In this document: piece by piece, positions 25,401 to 40,252 of the stretch | Numbering within the stretch: the stretch's first letter is position 1 | Layout: every line of letters begins with the position of its first letter | From: Hydrolagus affinis | Taxonomy: Eukaryota | Direction of reading: 5' to 3' | NCBI GenBank assembly: GCA_012026655.1 | Contig: JAAILG010001016.1 | Span: forward strand, 1-64,000 | DNA: 64,000 nt | Translations under genes and position numbers: made by a program | The notes under the pieces: model-generated | What the model saw: only the letters and a program-made list of their open reading frames with translations | Told to the model about the DNA's origin: nothing | Database searches by the model: none

Positions 25401-26384
25401 AAAAGTGATTGAGCAAAAGCGAACTGCAGGAGAGTAATCTAACATTACAGCCAATGTTATTCATCTTTGACTGGTTACATTTCCCAGACGATAGTTGTGT
25501 GGTCCGAACATGATTGAAGACACATAACGTTTGATCAGGTACACTCATACCTATCCCTTTATCCTGTAGTATCTTTCTATGAAGCAGTTGTTTGCTCAGA
25601 GACACTGGTGCTGATCACTGTTTTAAATCTGGAATTATTTAATAGCTTTGGTCAACATTTCTATTTCTTTTTATTAATTACTTTTCTCAGAATCCAGCTT
25701 CAAATATAAGCATTCAACCTTTTGGCATTTAGAGTATTTTAAATTGTTGCATCATGTACGAATTTGACACAAAAATTTGTGCCACATATTAGTTTGTTGG
25801 ACTCTTGAACTACTGGAAGACACTTTTTTCTTAGCCCAGGATTATTTCCCATATTAACAGACTAGATTCATAAACACATTTATGCTAATGGAAAGGTTGA
25901 ACTGCAAATTTGCTATTTTATGCCTGTCTATTTTAGTACTTCTATTACCATATTTACGGTCAGGAAGAACAAGACATTTTTGTCTCAGCACCAGCTACCC
26001 TGGTTTCATCCAACATTTTCTGGCATTGCAACTGTTGGAATGACCTTTACGAATTGTTTTAAGACTTCTCTATGTTTGATATGGAGCATTTCAGATTGGT
26101 AGTATAATGTTGTAGCCAAATACATGCAATAAAATTTTCCATCCTTAAGCAACGGTTTTAAAAAGCTGCAAAACTGAAGTGTCATTGAGAAGCACATGTT
26201 TAATATTTGAAACTTCCTCTCCTCCAATGCAAAATCCAAACAAAACCACATCAATAATAATAAATTATGAATTGTTATTATAATAAGCTGTAAACTAATG
26301 TCACTTCCAATGAACTCCAAGAGAGCTTCATTAAAGGATCTTTCACAAACAGATGAATGGTTTGAATGTTGTAGCTATTCTGAA

Positions 26385-26490
26385 GCCATTGGAACAGCTC
26401 AGAACAGGCCTCAGATCACACCTGGGTATACTTCCTGGTCTGCGTGCCTCAAGGACCGATTAGTTCAATTCACTGAACTATTGAGGTAGC
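26385..26490 (-). mobile_element. AmnSINE2-like head fragment
   Basis: CAGCTCAGAACAGGCCTCAGATCACACCTGGG...CTTCCTGGTCTGCGTGCCTCA resembles the reverse complement of the recalled AmnSINE2 5' part. Confidence 0.45.
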
Positions 26491-27215
26491 AGAAAGTAAC
26501 ACAGCCCTCCTGGGATTCAAACTTTTTGTCCTCACACCATTAAGTAGTTCTTCAGGGTGACAAAATAAAGTGAATTCAGATCAGTATCTAGAATAAAATT
26601 CCAACCTCCATTATTATAAACTAGATAGAAAAATATGTGCCAACATTCTTTTTAATTCACAGTATTTCTTGTCCCCACCTCCCCACAAATGCTTTGCTTT
26701 GATTTTGCTCCATAGATGCTACAGGAATAATCCAAAGGGTTAATAATGGCTGCTGACACACCAAAGTCTATACACAGAGACCACCTGTCGATAGTGATCA
26801 GGTCATGACAATACCAACAACAAATGAATGATTTAGGCTTCAGCCAGTAGTCTGGAGACTGTCTGTCTATAAAAGCCAATTCAAGCTAGTCCCAAAGGTA
26901 GTCATTATAAACAGGCCTCAGTATATATCGTACCATCCGTTATTTACCATATTATTGACCAATATGTTCAGGGCAAGCTGGTTCTAATATCTAATTATTC
27001 TTAGGTACTGTATATGCAGATTATTTCAATATCTTTATATATAATCATAATAATTTGAGAAGCAACGGGATCCATGATTGCCAAAAGTAGCTATCGTTTC
27101 ACTGCATCATTATAAAGTGATTAGATAAGAATTGCAATTTGTAAAGGGAGCAATGTAATATCTTTAAAAATAAGTGTAATGTAGACCATAAATGTAATTG
27201 CCAAATGATCTATAG

Positions 27216-27332
27216 TAACAATAATAATAATCCTTGCATTTGATATAGCACCTTATAACGTCTTCAAGATGGCTCAAAGTGATTCACAGAATACACTGTA
27301 AAGTGAATTGACTGTATTTTTGTGGGCAAAAC
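27216..27332 (-). mobile_element. Young SINE family, 5'-truncated
   Basis: (AAT)n CCTTGCATTTGATATAGCACC...ACTGTAAAGTGAATTGACTGTATTTTTGTGGGCAAAAC. Confidence 0.8.
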
Positions 27333-27764
27333 AATCATTGTAGAGATACATGAGCATTCAATAGGCCAATAGTTTTGCTTTCCATTTTGAGAATAGTTCT
27401 GTTCTGTTTACCCACGTGAACTGCACCTGGACCTAATTAATAGCTTGATACTATAATGGAATGACGATAGAGTGGATATTCTAGAACGATAAGTTCAAAT
27501 GGGCTTGAGGGCTTCCCTTATATGTTCCTCACTTGTCATCTTGTAGTAGGCTTTTTTGGGGTCACTTTGGTGTCGTCTAGGCACCAATAATTATAATATG
27601 CATGGTTGAATCAAAACAGCTAATTTATCCTTTCATTTTAAAAAAAAGTCAGATTACAATCATTTTCACAAGAGTAATATTATACTGGAAAGTGTTAGTA
27701 CTTTTATGTCCATTATTTATCCTGTACATCTGAGCTACAATAATCATTGAGGTATTGATATAAT

Positions 27765-28066
27765 GTCAGAAAGTGCTATATTGTTAGAGATGCTGTGTTT
27801 CAGAAGAGATACTAAACTGAGTTCTGTGGCGGACATTAAAAATCCGATTATTCGAAACGAAAAGAGAGTTTCTCTCATTGCAAAGCACAAGAAAATACGG
27901 CCCTTTGCTTCACAGTCATTTGAGGGTCAAATTATCCTTGTGCAAATTGGCTGTTAGGTTTGCCTACAAATTCAGTCATTACACTTTACAAAAAAAACTC
28001 TGAAGTGACTTTGAGATGTTTCAGTGTGATGAATCTCAATATTCGTATGGGTAGTTATTTATTATT
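27765..28066 (+). mobile_element. Old Deu-domain SINE, degraded
   Basis: GAAGAGATACTAAACTGAG...GGACATTAAAAATCC...TTGTGCAAATTGGCTG...GCCTACAAATTCAGTC...CTTTGAGATGT follows Deu-SINE block order. Confidence 0.5.
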
Positions 28067-30298
28067 TAGACAATGAAAAAGTAAAGGTTTTTTTATGCCT
28101 AGCTTTCAGGGCTTGGTGGAATCATGCACAGTAGTAGCTGGCAGTGCATTGACCTCAATACCCAACCAAACCTGTCCAAACACATATTGAATGCACATTG
28201 TCCCAGAGGTTAGCAATGTAGTACAGCTGTTTTCCACTATATGCAAACAGTCATGCATCCCAGCTGCTGCTGTCACCAGTGAAACCCATAAGGGGGGTCT
28301 GCACTACATTCTTTTGAAACTGCAGTATTCATTTTGATGACCTACATAAGGGTATATTTCAGACCGTATTTTTTACTTCCTGGTGATGAAATATACATGT
28401 GTCCTTGAATAACGCCTAATTTTTTAAATGTAAGGAAAGCAAATGCTCGTTATCCCATAACTTGAGCTAGAAAAGTCTTAACCATGATATAAAACTGTAA
28501 GCCATTCAACAATAACCTTTGAATACAACAGCACGGAAGCTTACTTGAGGCCTTGGAAAATGCCATAGCAACAATATGTGTCTGACCCAAGGTTGCTTAG
28601 GGGCGCTACACCATAAAAATGTTCATGACTGACTGTGTCCACCGGCCATCATTCTGCATTTACAGAACTGAATATTTCACCACAAGTTGTCTGAACAATT
28701 AAGGAACGCTAATTTAACAACATTAGGTCGGATGTATAAAGGCACACGCAAGAGCAATAATTAATATTAATGCAACATATTGTGCTACTCCTGATCTAAT
28801 ATTCTTCCGTTTAAAATTCCAGTAAAAAAAATCATGTTTGCCAAATTGTGCACATGCCTTATTAAGCTTGTTAAAGTCTTGTTTAAGGCCATTAAGCAAC
28901 ACAAAGTCCACAGTTGTGCCTTAGATCAGGCACAAAGGCCAATGAGCAGATCACATCAGCTCAGCCCATGCTTCAGTGAGTGATGGAAACATTTTCCGTG
29001 GGGAAGAGGCAACTGAGATGACTCCTGAATAGAAACATATAGATTTGCAGCAAGGAAGGAATTTGGAGTAACAAGTTTTGGCCCACTTGCATGTATAGGA
29101 GGAGAATGAGGTACAGGTATACAAAGTCAATTGGAGGATAACAATTGGCTATCCTCAATTTGATGGGTAAAATACTTTGGGTGCTTTGTCCTTTGTGAAA
29201 TATATCTCTTAAATACAAATCGCTGTTGTGAAAATGAGCCAAATCAGTTACCTGCAATTCAGAGAGATTGAAACTTCATATTTATAAATGAAATCCACTG
29301 TTTAAACTGGCGGTTCAACTTGCAATTCATCTGATAAAATATGTTGCCCTCAGAACAATTAATTTGCATCATTGACTGATTGTTTAAATGTGAGGAAAGC
29401 TACACTGTAAGAGCGAAATCAACATTTACATTTTTCCGCAGTGCAAATTGCCTCATTAGTTTGCCATAATTAAAGTGCAGCTTCACATTTGTGCCAAGTG
29501 CCTTTTGGTTTCTTCAACTTGCATTTAAATCCTAAGACCAAGGTGATGATTTAATAGAGCAATATTCACTTCTGGCCATCAGATCTGAATTGAGTTCTCG
29601 GTGGTTTGGGAGCACAGGATTATTCCTGATTGATGGCTGATTTAGACTACACATGATGTGGAGAGTAGTTTTAAGTAGGCTCATTAAGATGTTGCTATGC
29701 AATAACATTATCTTCTGGTATTTTATTATGAAATATTTCCAGACTGGATGTGTCACCTATGGCTGGAAATGTGAAGTCCATTGCACTGATGAAGTGACTA
29801 AGATCTGACCCCTTGATTCCAATTAGCTAATTCCATTATCATTCTCAACCTGTGGCACATAATTTAAGGTTGATTTGAACTGTGGAAGATCATTTTTATG
29901 TTTGTGTCTCACAGGTGCATCATCCAGCAATGTATTTAAAATTATCTATTTACAAAAAGGCTGTTACACTGGCCTCTTGTTACACCCACATCAGGTGCAA
30001 AACTCACTCACTTCCATGCAAGCTCCCCCAGTACCAATGGCATGGGAATACAATTGTGCTGAGACCATCTAAGAAAAAGAAAAAGCTTTAAAGAAAATAC
30101 ACATGGAAAAACAATCCTTGTAAAAGATATTCCTAATTATCATGATTATGTTGGCTAATTTAAAGTCTGTAAATGATTAAATAAATGCTGTGCTTAGGCT
30201 CCAGTAAGCGGATAGAGTTACACAGTTGCATTGCATGTTTTTGTTTCAAGAACTGCAGGAAAGCAACTTGCCGAACCCAGAATATTGTCTGATATCAC

Positions 30299-30462
30299 TA
30301 ACAATAATCCTTGCATTTGATAAAGCACCTTTAATGTTGGGAGGACCTCCCAAAGCGCTTCATAGGATTTACTGCAAAGTGTAGAGACTGTATTTTGTAG
30401 GTGAACATAGGAACCGATTTTCCATACAGCAATCTCCCACACACAGCAGTATCCCACAAACT
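30299..30462 (-). mobile_element. Deu/L2-tail SINE 3' half
   Basis: AATAATCCTTGCATTTGATAAAGCACC...CCCAAAGCGCTTCATAGGATTTACTGCAAAGTG...CAGCAGTATCCCACAAAC. Confidence 0.7.
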
Positions 30463-30508
30463 GGCGTGAACGAGGTCTGTGAATGTCCAATAAAGAATAT
30501 TAGGGTTC

Positions 30509-30558
30509 AGAGGATCAGAGGATCTGAAATGAGGATCTGAAACAGAGGATCTGAAATG
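30509..30558. repeat. Short tandem repeat of GAGGATCTGAAA
   Basis: Three full units and one partial unit, read directly. Confidence 0.8.
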
Positions 30559-30684
30559 TACATTTCGTGCTAAAGTATTGGTTGGGGCTCACTGATACAA
30601 GATAGAATTTCAGTGCCAAAAGTCATCAGCTATCTAAACTGATGCTTTTTGTGGATTGTTGCATGAGATGAGGGTAATATGTTT

Positions 30685-30815
30685 CTTTTTCCTTCTTCAA
30701 GACCAGTCTCAAGACCCTCCTCTTTGACCGTCCTTTCAGCTGCAGTCCTACCTCTCTGCCCTTCCTGACCTTGCTTTTTATTTTTGAATGTAATTGCAAA
30801 GCTTTATATATGTGA
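30685..30815 (+). mobile_element. L2 LINE 3' end
   Basis: TCCTTCTTCAAGACCAGTCTCAAGACCCTCCTCTTTGACCGTCCTTTC encodes SFFKTSLKTLLFDRPF, like the L2 ORF2 terminal motif FKs.LKT.LF..AF. Confidence 0.6.
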
Positions 30816-31489
30816 ATAAAGAAAACAAAAATGTACAATAGATAACTTTTGGGGGAAGAAAATAATGACATAAAGTTCCAGCACGAGTGTTCCTGAACCT
30901 GAATTATCGCGATGAATCATTGCGGCAATAAAACAATTGTACAAGTTATTTATCGTACATCGTGGTCTAGATTATTGAAGCAGAGGACTTTTTAATAAAG
31001 ATTTAGTAAAAGTGATATGAGAATATTTCAATAGTGCAATCACACATAAATGATGATCAGTCATTCTTCAGAAAAATTCTCTGTTAAGTTTAAAAGAAAA
31101 TTAAACTCAAACAAATTTTAGCACATTTGTCTTCCATGTGGCTCAGTGAATCAAACTGTTGACAAGCATTGTGATTCTCTCCATCACAAATCACATTGAG
31201 AACCATTGGATGTACCTCAAAAACATTTCTTAACAACTACATATTACACATTTTGGTTAAAATTGTAAGCATTGTCCTGTTATTATTTGTACATTTGTAA
31301 AAACTATTTCTTCATTCTTAGCCTAACTTTTCCATAAATGTTTTGCAGCTATTGATATTTACTTTATTTTTATTTTGTAATTCATCAAATCATATTTAAA
31401 GTTTATATGGGATGCAATTCCCTTACGTCTACAGCCATCAAGCGGTATTGATTCCTACCGTATCTTAGTGCTGACAATAAATGTACACA

Positions 31490-32230
31490 CTGCTTGACTT
31501 AAGTACAGATGAATGAGGAAACTTGAAAGACAATGAACTAGTAAAGTTCTCACAGTCTCGAGTCTTTTATTGATTTCTGTGAACCAAACCATGCTTTGGA
31601 GACCAACCTTTCCTCCATCTGCATTGAGCCCTTGGTTCAAACACAGGTGAGCTGACAGTGACGGTATCATAGTTATTGACTGGACTGGGAAGAGACTAGC
31701 TCCAACTACTGTACTTGGATTGCTGTAGAGGATAGGGTAAGATTGAACTGCAGAGTCACAGCTTTTGAAAAAGATCCCATCTACTGCCAACACTGAGGAG
31801 GAATCATTAACACCATCAAAGATAAGAGATATCATTATTTTAGTCACAAAATTCAACATGTATTGATGTGGCCTGGTAATTTCATTGAATAATATTGAGT
31901 AACAGTCAGATTTTCTCTGTTACGGGTACTCAATTATAAGGCCGTTAGCCGCTTCAGGATATGATTCAACACTGTTTTGCTTTTGTTGGACTAGATAAGC
32001 AGTTTGTCCCAAATGCCATCAAACCTGAGCACGATCAGTAGGTGACAGATTTGCAGGTTCTCAAGTATGTAGAAACTTGACTGTGGTCTGCTTTAATTGG
32101 ATCAATCCTTCAGTTAATGAGTTTAATTGCTGTTTTGCCGACAGATTCGCCAAACCATTTCCAAATCAGAAACAGGTGCTGGAAGCTTGCAACCCCCATT
32201 CCCAGTCGATAAATATATTAATGCATTAGC
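31490..32230 (+). mobile_element. Highly degraded L2 LINE ORF2 internal fragment
   Basis: Scattered peptides RKLERQ*, LVTKFNM and QTISKSETGAGSLQPPFP resemble L2 motifs RKLERkW, FF..KI..I and I..mKpt.c.LDP.P in the expected order. Confidence 0.35.
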
Positions 32231-35200
32231 GTTGTGTAGTTGTAATGTCATTCTACTGTTTCAGAAACACCCTAGAATTTGCCCCAAAGAAACTACCTTG
32301 TTTCAGTTTTTTTTTAAAAAGGATTTACTATTCCATAGAATCATCAGGATTCAAGGTTTTAAACCTGTTTTGCTAATATCAACATTTTATATTCTAAAAT
32401 AAACAGTACTTCATCTTGGAATGGTAACATATATATAATTAACAATGATACAAATGCTATTTGATATAAATATGTTTTTGTGTTTGATTCATCTAAAGCT
32501 ATGTCTCGGGTTCATATTCCATATTTTGCCACTTACCTAATCTCAGCCAAGGCACCAATTGAATTGTTAATTCATTTTTGTACCAATGGGTTAGGAAGGA
32601 GGTGGAGAAATCTTACAAGCTTAATTTTTAGTCAGTTTTGACTCTTCCAAGAAGATCTAGGATATAGGTACAATCGTGCAGCAGAAAGTCAGAGACATAA
32701 AATGACATGAAAGGGCTGAGAGAACGGGGTCTAGCCTTTCATCCATAGAGAGGTACTTTCCAGAGGCTCCAGTCTCTCAGTATGTTTCAACCATTTTGCC
32801 AAGTATCTACTTGAAATAATCCATGGGTTATTCATGGTTTTCCAAAACCCTACAGTTCTGATTAGTCAACGGCCAACAACTTATCCTTCCCTGAAGTAAT
32901 CCTTTTCTTTTTCTTCTTTAACCGGGGATGTTATTACCCTTCCCATATATTTTAGAACACCGTACTTAGGTTATATGAATAAGACCACCTCCTCAGTTTT
33001 CCATTTATTGATAGCGTTTTGTTAAAAAGCAAATAATAAGAAGATTTTAAGGTGAGATGCCAATCTGTGATTTTAGTGTTACTTAACTCATTTGACAGAA
33101 AAAAAATGTAATAATGCTCTCTGGATGGCAATTTATGGATGACCGAATGCAGATGCAAGTAAAAGAATGAACACATCGGTAGACTTCACACCAAACATAT
33201 GAATGAAAGGTTTCTGAAAAGTGGCAGAAGAGTGACAAGTGCAGAGAAACCTTTGTGGATATAGAGGTAGATTTTCTTATTAAAGTAAATCACTGCAATC
33301 AAAAGAGAAGAAGATACAGGAAGGACATTCTGTGATAAATATTGATTAAGCATACCTAGGAAAAATTGTGAGTAAAAGTATTATTTCATCCCAAATCAGA
33401 TAGAAAGTGAACAATTGTTGTCCAGAAATGTCAATTAAAGGTTGGAAGAACACTTGGCTTAAACTAAGCAGACCGTCAGTAGATTTTCAGTTAATCCATT
33501 GCTCCATTTTCTACTGATTATTCAATAACCATTAGAATGAGTAGATCTGTTGCATTCTCCCAGCCAATATCATAGATGGACCTCTGCTAAAAGGTAATGT
33601 ATCTTCAGCTTTATATTCCACTTCAAGGGATTTGGGTCATTGTTCATCTCTATGGAGGTCCTCTCTTGTGATTAGGGGCTGAGTCAGATGATCTCTTTGT
33701 GCTGCAGTTTTTGAAGCTTCAGAAATAATGAGTTGACATAACACCACAGAATTCCTGTTTGAGTTGCAGCTGTTACTCACAGAGGACTTAGCAAAACAAA
33801 CATAATGATCTACTCGTGATCAATGCAACCATTAGGTGTAAGATATACATGAACATAGAGGGTTTTCTAATACCTATCTGATATGAGACATGACCATAGA
33901 AGCTGAGAATAGTCACACGATCACAAGAGAGGTTTGGATGAAGAACACTCTTTAACACATCCTTCCAGAACACCTATGCTACTGTGCACTTGTAATGTGA
34001 ACAGGTTGGTTTTCAGGTTGAAGGATAATTATCATAGTGTTACCATGGTATACAATTGTGAAGAAATCTTGTTATGTAGAACTGGTTCCACAGTAATATC
34101 AGGTGACCATATATCCTCCACGCATGATCCCTGCCCTACTATGAAATGCCATGATACAAACTCAACCATGTCCATTTTACAGTTGTTGATAGTAAAAGCA
34201 GATCCTTAAATCTGTTCCCTTGAAAGCTCCATTGATCAATTCAGCATTAGAATTGGGCTTTGATGTCCACCTGACTAAGTTGGTGTCAATCTCATCTCTG
34301 AGGCATAAGGTAGTTTAAGCTCACCTCGAGTCTTTGAGTTCACAATCTTTGCTGATACAGTACTTCATGGCAGAGATGTTAAATCATTCATAGATCACTC
34401 GTTCAATAGCAACATTGATTTCAGTCCTGAAACAGTCAAATTCTCTCAGCACTCTTTGAAATTCCTGAAGCTGTTTGACAGAGGCTCCAACAAGTAAGGC
34501 AAAAATGGCTGCATGCTTGACTATCTTGTCTTTTATTGAAGTTATTGTATTATTTTAAATAGTTGATTGATAATAGTTTTTTCAGCCATGAAAAATTGCC
34601 AATAAAGAATTTCAGAATAAATATGTTTTCCAAGTACATAAGGGTTGCTGAAAAGTGCCTGTTGAAAATAAAGTCATCACTCCTATCTTTTTACCAAACT
34701 TTTTTCCAGCAGCAATGTAGAACTGGAATTGGCTAGTTTGGAGCTGACCTACCCTCTTTATCCGTTTTTTTGGCTCGTGAGAATCGGAGCAGGGGAAAAG
34801 AGCAGAGGTCAGTGCACAAGTACACAAACCGCCCACTTCTGATCTCTGTAGCCACCCACAAAAAAATCCTGCATTGCAGTCACAGTGATTTTCCAGGTAC
34901 AGTATATAATCATAACAATGCATGCATTTAATACAATGCATTTCCCATCAGGAGGATATCTCAAAGAGGCGCACATGATATACTGTAAAGTGAAGTGACT
35001 GTGTTTTGCTACAAAATTTTGTTCATGAAAAAATTAATTCAGATGCTAACGTGGAGAAGTCTATTTTTACTGAAGTCCTGGATGATATGAATTGATGGAT
35101 TTTGCACATTTTGCACATAATAAGATATAAGGCCCACATTAAATTGTTAAAGCACGAATCCTAATCTATAACAGCACTTTACATTCCCTTTACTAAGGAA

Positions 35201-38200
35201 ATAAATCACTAAGGCACTATCTCTAATATGGTTTAAATTCTGATTAAAAGTATCAGTATTTGTACACAGTGATGGCAAATATGGTCTGAGCTTTTATGCC
35301 ACAAGTGGCAGACTGGTGTTCACACCCACCCTGAGCTCCAGTACTTAATTTGTTCTGTCAGACAAGCTTTTGCTACAAACAAGCCTGTGATTGACTTCAT
35401 CACTTTTACTTGTTGTTCTTTCCAAAATCCAATGCTGGGGAAATGTTCTCTCCTTTGCAGGGATGAACAGTGTAATGTAACTGGAAGTGTTCGGTAGGTT
35501 GGACAGTGCTTGAAAGTACTATAAGAGCTGCCTCTTTTATAATATCTGCTGAAAGGTATGACTTTCCCATTTTGATCTGATTATCTTGAAAGGCAGGTAC
35601 AATATACTAAACTGAGCACTGTTAAAACATAATTTCAGGTTCTCCTGTACATTGCTGTACAGATGTCAGAGAAGCTTACATTGAAAGGTTGCAATTCCTT
35701 TGTGCGAATAGGTTTTTCTGTTCCCATTGTGCACTGAATTTTCCTGAATGTTGACATTGCTGACTTTGTTTTGTCCTGATGTGGATAGGGTCCTTTGTTT
35801 ACTCGTCTGTGCCCTATGTTGGTCTTGCAATGGCCTACTATAAAAACGCATCCATCATCAACTCCTAGTGAACTGTAAATTAACAGCAGAAAGGTCATGG
35901 CTCATATAAGGTCTTACCTGTACAGTATATAGAGACAGGTAGTGTGACTCGTGACTTTAATGGTCTGTATCCAATTGGTATTAAAAGGGAAAACCTGAAC
36001 AAACAAAATAAATCCAGTCAGGCTGCCTTGCCCAGATGCAGGCCTTTAAACAATGTCACAATCAGCCTGGAATTAGCTTTGTGATGTATAGCCCCTTCTT
36101 AGTAAGCGACTGAAAAGAAAACAAAACAGCCCATTATTAAAAAAACAGCTGTTGCTTCTGGGAAAGAGAACAAGAGACTGGGGAGCGTTTCCCTGACATA
36201 TTTTCAGTCTGGAATCAATTCTTCATCTACATGCATAATTATATGTTATTACCAGAGTTGGATATTGTCCAGGATGTATTGCATTAATATGCCAAGGCTG
36301 AAGACCTGCCCGTGTTAGCATGTTATCAAAGGAAATTGAAGCATGTACAGAGTAGGAAACGACCTGGCTGGTCTCAAAGTAAAGCGGAATCAAACATTGC
36401 TCTCTCTCTCTAATACTCTCAATCAGTTTACAGGAAGCCAATTTTTCAACATCAACCTGTAACTAAACTGCACTTTTTTTTCTGTTTATCTGATACCAGA
36501 ATAAAAACTTTTAGCTTTTTTTTAAAAAAGGAAAATCTTTGAAACATGTCAAAGCGCGTCACAAGATTTTTACTGTGACCTGTAGTGACTGACATTTGTG
36601 GGCGAATGGTTAGTTCATGCATAAGTATTTTTTTTTGAAAGGTGCATTTGTTTTTCCCGACTGCCTAACAATTCAGGGGGTGAAATCTATCAGTGAAATG
36701 TGTGGCAATATTTGTCATACATCTATTAAAAGACCTCGCTAAACCTCTACATTGATTTACTTTGAGCACTTTGACAACTTTCCTGCATCTACCCTGTGGG
36801 GATGATATCTGACTCACTTCACCCATATGGCTGGACGCATCTGTTCGAAAACTGTGCCGCCAAAACTCCTGTTTTCCTTACTTTATTCCTTCCCGCACTT
36901 TGCTTTACCCGGAGTAAAAATATTCTGGTGAGCCAGTTTCTCATCTTTCAACAATGCCAACAAAATATCAGGGATTGGGTGGCAATGTAAACATTGTGCA
37001 GTGATTTATAGTTTGTTTTAATCAGATGTCCATGGTTATTAGTCTCTACAGGGAATCCATATGGCGTGTCATTAGTGTCCTGGCATTTTACCACCAGACC
37101 ACCCTATCTTCATAATTGAATGGAATATTATTGGGAATATTAATGCTGATAAACATTTCTGGTTTATTTCAAGCTCTGACGTTTTCTAAAATCGGCAGAG
37201 CAAAATTTAAATGCTTTCGGTCACTTTTTCTACCCAGAACAAGATTGCAACTGTGCCACTGGGTATGGAAGTCTAATAAAAAGTCAGTACGGTTTGGCAT
37301 TTCTTGTGTTAGCAAAGCTTAGGCTGCAATATCTTGCTCGGTTTTGGCAGCCCTTTGTGCACTTTGATGGTCTTGTTTAATGTAACTGCTCCCTGGTGTT
37401 TGCTTAAGTTTCAATAAAGCCGACTGTTTGTTGCACCTTTACAAATTCTTTGACATTTTTTTTTGTTTCAACCACCTGGTTGTATTTGCTCAACAGGGTT
37501 ACGCTCTCAGCAGTCACTGGCTTGCTGCACCAACTGGGCTTGAAAGGGCTAGGTCATTTGGCATTAATTTGTAAGATCAAGTGGGACGACGGTAGGGTTA
37601 CGTGAAACAAAGTGCGGTCTTATCTGTGCCAGTTGTCACTCAGAGAAATCCTACAAGTACCTGGGTATCTGGCACACACAACTCTAATCAGCTTTCAGTG
37701 CAAGCATGTTTCTTGGTGCAACTAGATACTGCCTCCCTTGCACTTGTTAGCATAGTTCTGACTTTAACCCTTTAAAAATCCATTCAGGATTGACTGCAGT
37801 AAAACTTTTATCGCACAACCCTGTATTAGCATTTAAAGTTTTATTTGGGCAAAGTGTGAATGAAGAAGCCTTCTGTTTTTGCGAGCATTGCCAGCTTTCT
37901 GTCTTTGATCACATAGCTTTTGGAAACGTGTGGGAAAAAATAGTTGTGGCAGATGTTTTGCAATAGAAGATATTGCATTTTGAAAGCTTTAAGGCACATT
38001 TAATAGTGCAAAAGATTAAATAACCATTCAGCGTATCTGTAATAAAAATATAGCCAAGAAAATAAACTTGACAGTGGATGTACTTCCAGTAATAATGGAC
38101 CATAATGATCACTAATCATAACCAGCAGTCATTTACTGGTTGAACACCCACTACTTCTTGTCCGGTAAATCTTTGCTCCTTATCGCAGCCGCATTTTGCT

Positions 38201-39441
38201 AAAAGTTACAATTGGAATCTCCGATATCTTTGGTAACCATGTATGATTCAACATTGGATCTAATTATTGGTCTCACAGTTGGCTTCTCAAATCAACTATT
38301 TTGAATAAGTAATTTAATAAGCAAAGTTGCAGAGGCAGGACTGGTCTTTCTAATTGATATGCTACACTCGTTGAAAATAAGGAAAATTAACCAGTCAAGA
38401 GAAAACCAGTATAATGAAAGATTTTGCTTTGAGGGTCAAGTTACAAATGAACATTTGGAATTTTGCCCCGCGCAATTCTAAAAGTTTAAAACAAGCAGAT
38501 TTCTGTAGTCAATTAGTAGTTGAATAATTTGATTGCTGTCAGCAACTACTTTCGGTGTTGATTCACTAAACAGTTGTAATCCCAAACTGCCCACAGGCTT
38601 TCCTTGGCAAAATACTAATTCAAGACTAATTTGACTCTCCTTTCTGTCGAGCTGTTCTGAAAGTTCCCATGAGAAAGAAAGACTCCAAAACAAACAGTGA
38701 GGACAATAAAACACGCTCACCTCACTGTGAAAGGTACAAATGAAATTAGCCTCCCGCAAAAAAGGGAAGATGTTTCATCTCGCAGCAATAATGTCATGCC
38801 AGTAAGGAAATGTTGTCTTTTGGGATGAAAAATTGTGTGCGAGCATTCAGCCCAGCTCTATTCAGCTAAAGCTCTTGTCGAACTCGATCACAGAAGGATG
38901 CAACTGTTGGGCCAGCCTCTTTGGGCCTGCTCTATAGAGCTGGACAGTGCTTGATACTTTGAGGTGTCAGACCTTTTGTGTCCATTACTAGTTTATGATG
39001 CTGATGTCAAGCATCCCAGTCAATGAGCACTTTGTCCAGGGCCCTGGCTGGGGCAGTGGGAAACTGCCCACTCCTATCCCATCCCCATCCATCTTCCTCC
39101 AGCCTGTTGTCCACTTTTCCCCTTTGGATATTGAGGATCCCCAGTTAATGTACTGGAAAATTGCTCAGCATGTTTATGGGCGCCTGATAAATGAAAGAAA
39201 AATAAAATTCACTTGGAGTGAAACTTTTTTCCCACTGAACTCCCAGAGCAGCCCTTTGCTTGTCGGTTGTGACCTCTATTAAAAGTCTTTGAATGGGATT
39301 CCAGAGGTGTATGCTGCAATCTGGCAGAACTCCACTTTTCAATTGATTTTTTTTCACAATGGGAACAGAGTTTCCGTGATGTTACTTCCAGCTGCACCAT
39401 TCTGCGTTCCCACAACAAAGGAGAATGATGAGCAAGCTGCT

Positions 39442-39461
39442 TATATATATATATATATATA
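39442..39461. repeat. (TA)n microsatellite
   Basis: Pure TA run. Confidence 0.85.
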
Positions 39462-40252
39462 CATAAAAAATATATAAAGTTTAAACAAAAAAAACATTTA
39501 ATTCAGAAAGGAGACACAGGAACAGAAACTTGTGGCCACTTCCTCTAAGTAAGGCAAGCAACTTGCTCATTCCTCCTGAAGTTACTTTAATTTATTTCTT
39601 AAATAATTTATTTCTAGAGTTGTTAAGGTGAATATTTTTCTAATAGATTTTCTTTTTTTTTAAAAACTTGATTTACTTGACCGGTGGCCTTATGTTTAGT
39701 TGATTAGGAAACAGAAACTTCTAACATAAATACTGTATGTGAGGGGGAGGGGAATTAGCAGTATCAAAAAAAAATCATACATTGAAATTAAACTAATTTT
39801 CATAAATGTGTCAGACTTGGATAATAGTTACAAATATTTACAAGTCCCATTGGTAATATTGTCCTAAAATTCTAAAGATTTCTGTTGGACAGAAAATGTA
39901 TTGGAAGTCTGTTGACACGTTGAGGGTTGCAGATGCATTCCTGTGCTCAAATAAACAAAGGATTTCTGATGGGTGACGCAGTTCTTCACTGAGTGTGAGA
40001 GGCTCCCACTTGCAGCAGATGGAAATGAGTTATGGCAACATATTGAATGAGTAAACAAAATGTCAGGTACTTCCCACTGGTACTGAGACCAGGTGCTTGT
40101 TGTCACGAGTGAAATATTCTGTTTATTCCATGGCTTTACCTCTGTTGATCTACTCCGATTCATTCTGAGGTGCTGCCCAATGTTGCGCAATTTTGCCATT
40201 AGTTCTTTCATCTCGTAAATACCGGATGGAGTTCTGCTTGTCTCTCGATGAT

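Noticed and set aside
30509-30558. Short direct repeats as a CRISPR-like array
   Set aside because: 12-14-bp tandem units without unique spacers in eukaryotic DNA; ordinary slippage repeat.
35912-35945. Minus-strand CAG|GTAAG as a recursive splice site
   Set aside because: Weak polypyrimidine tract; several AGGTAAG matches are expected by chance and the host transcript is unknown.
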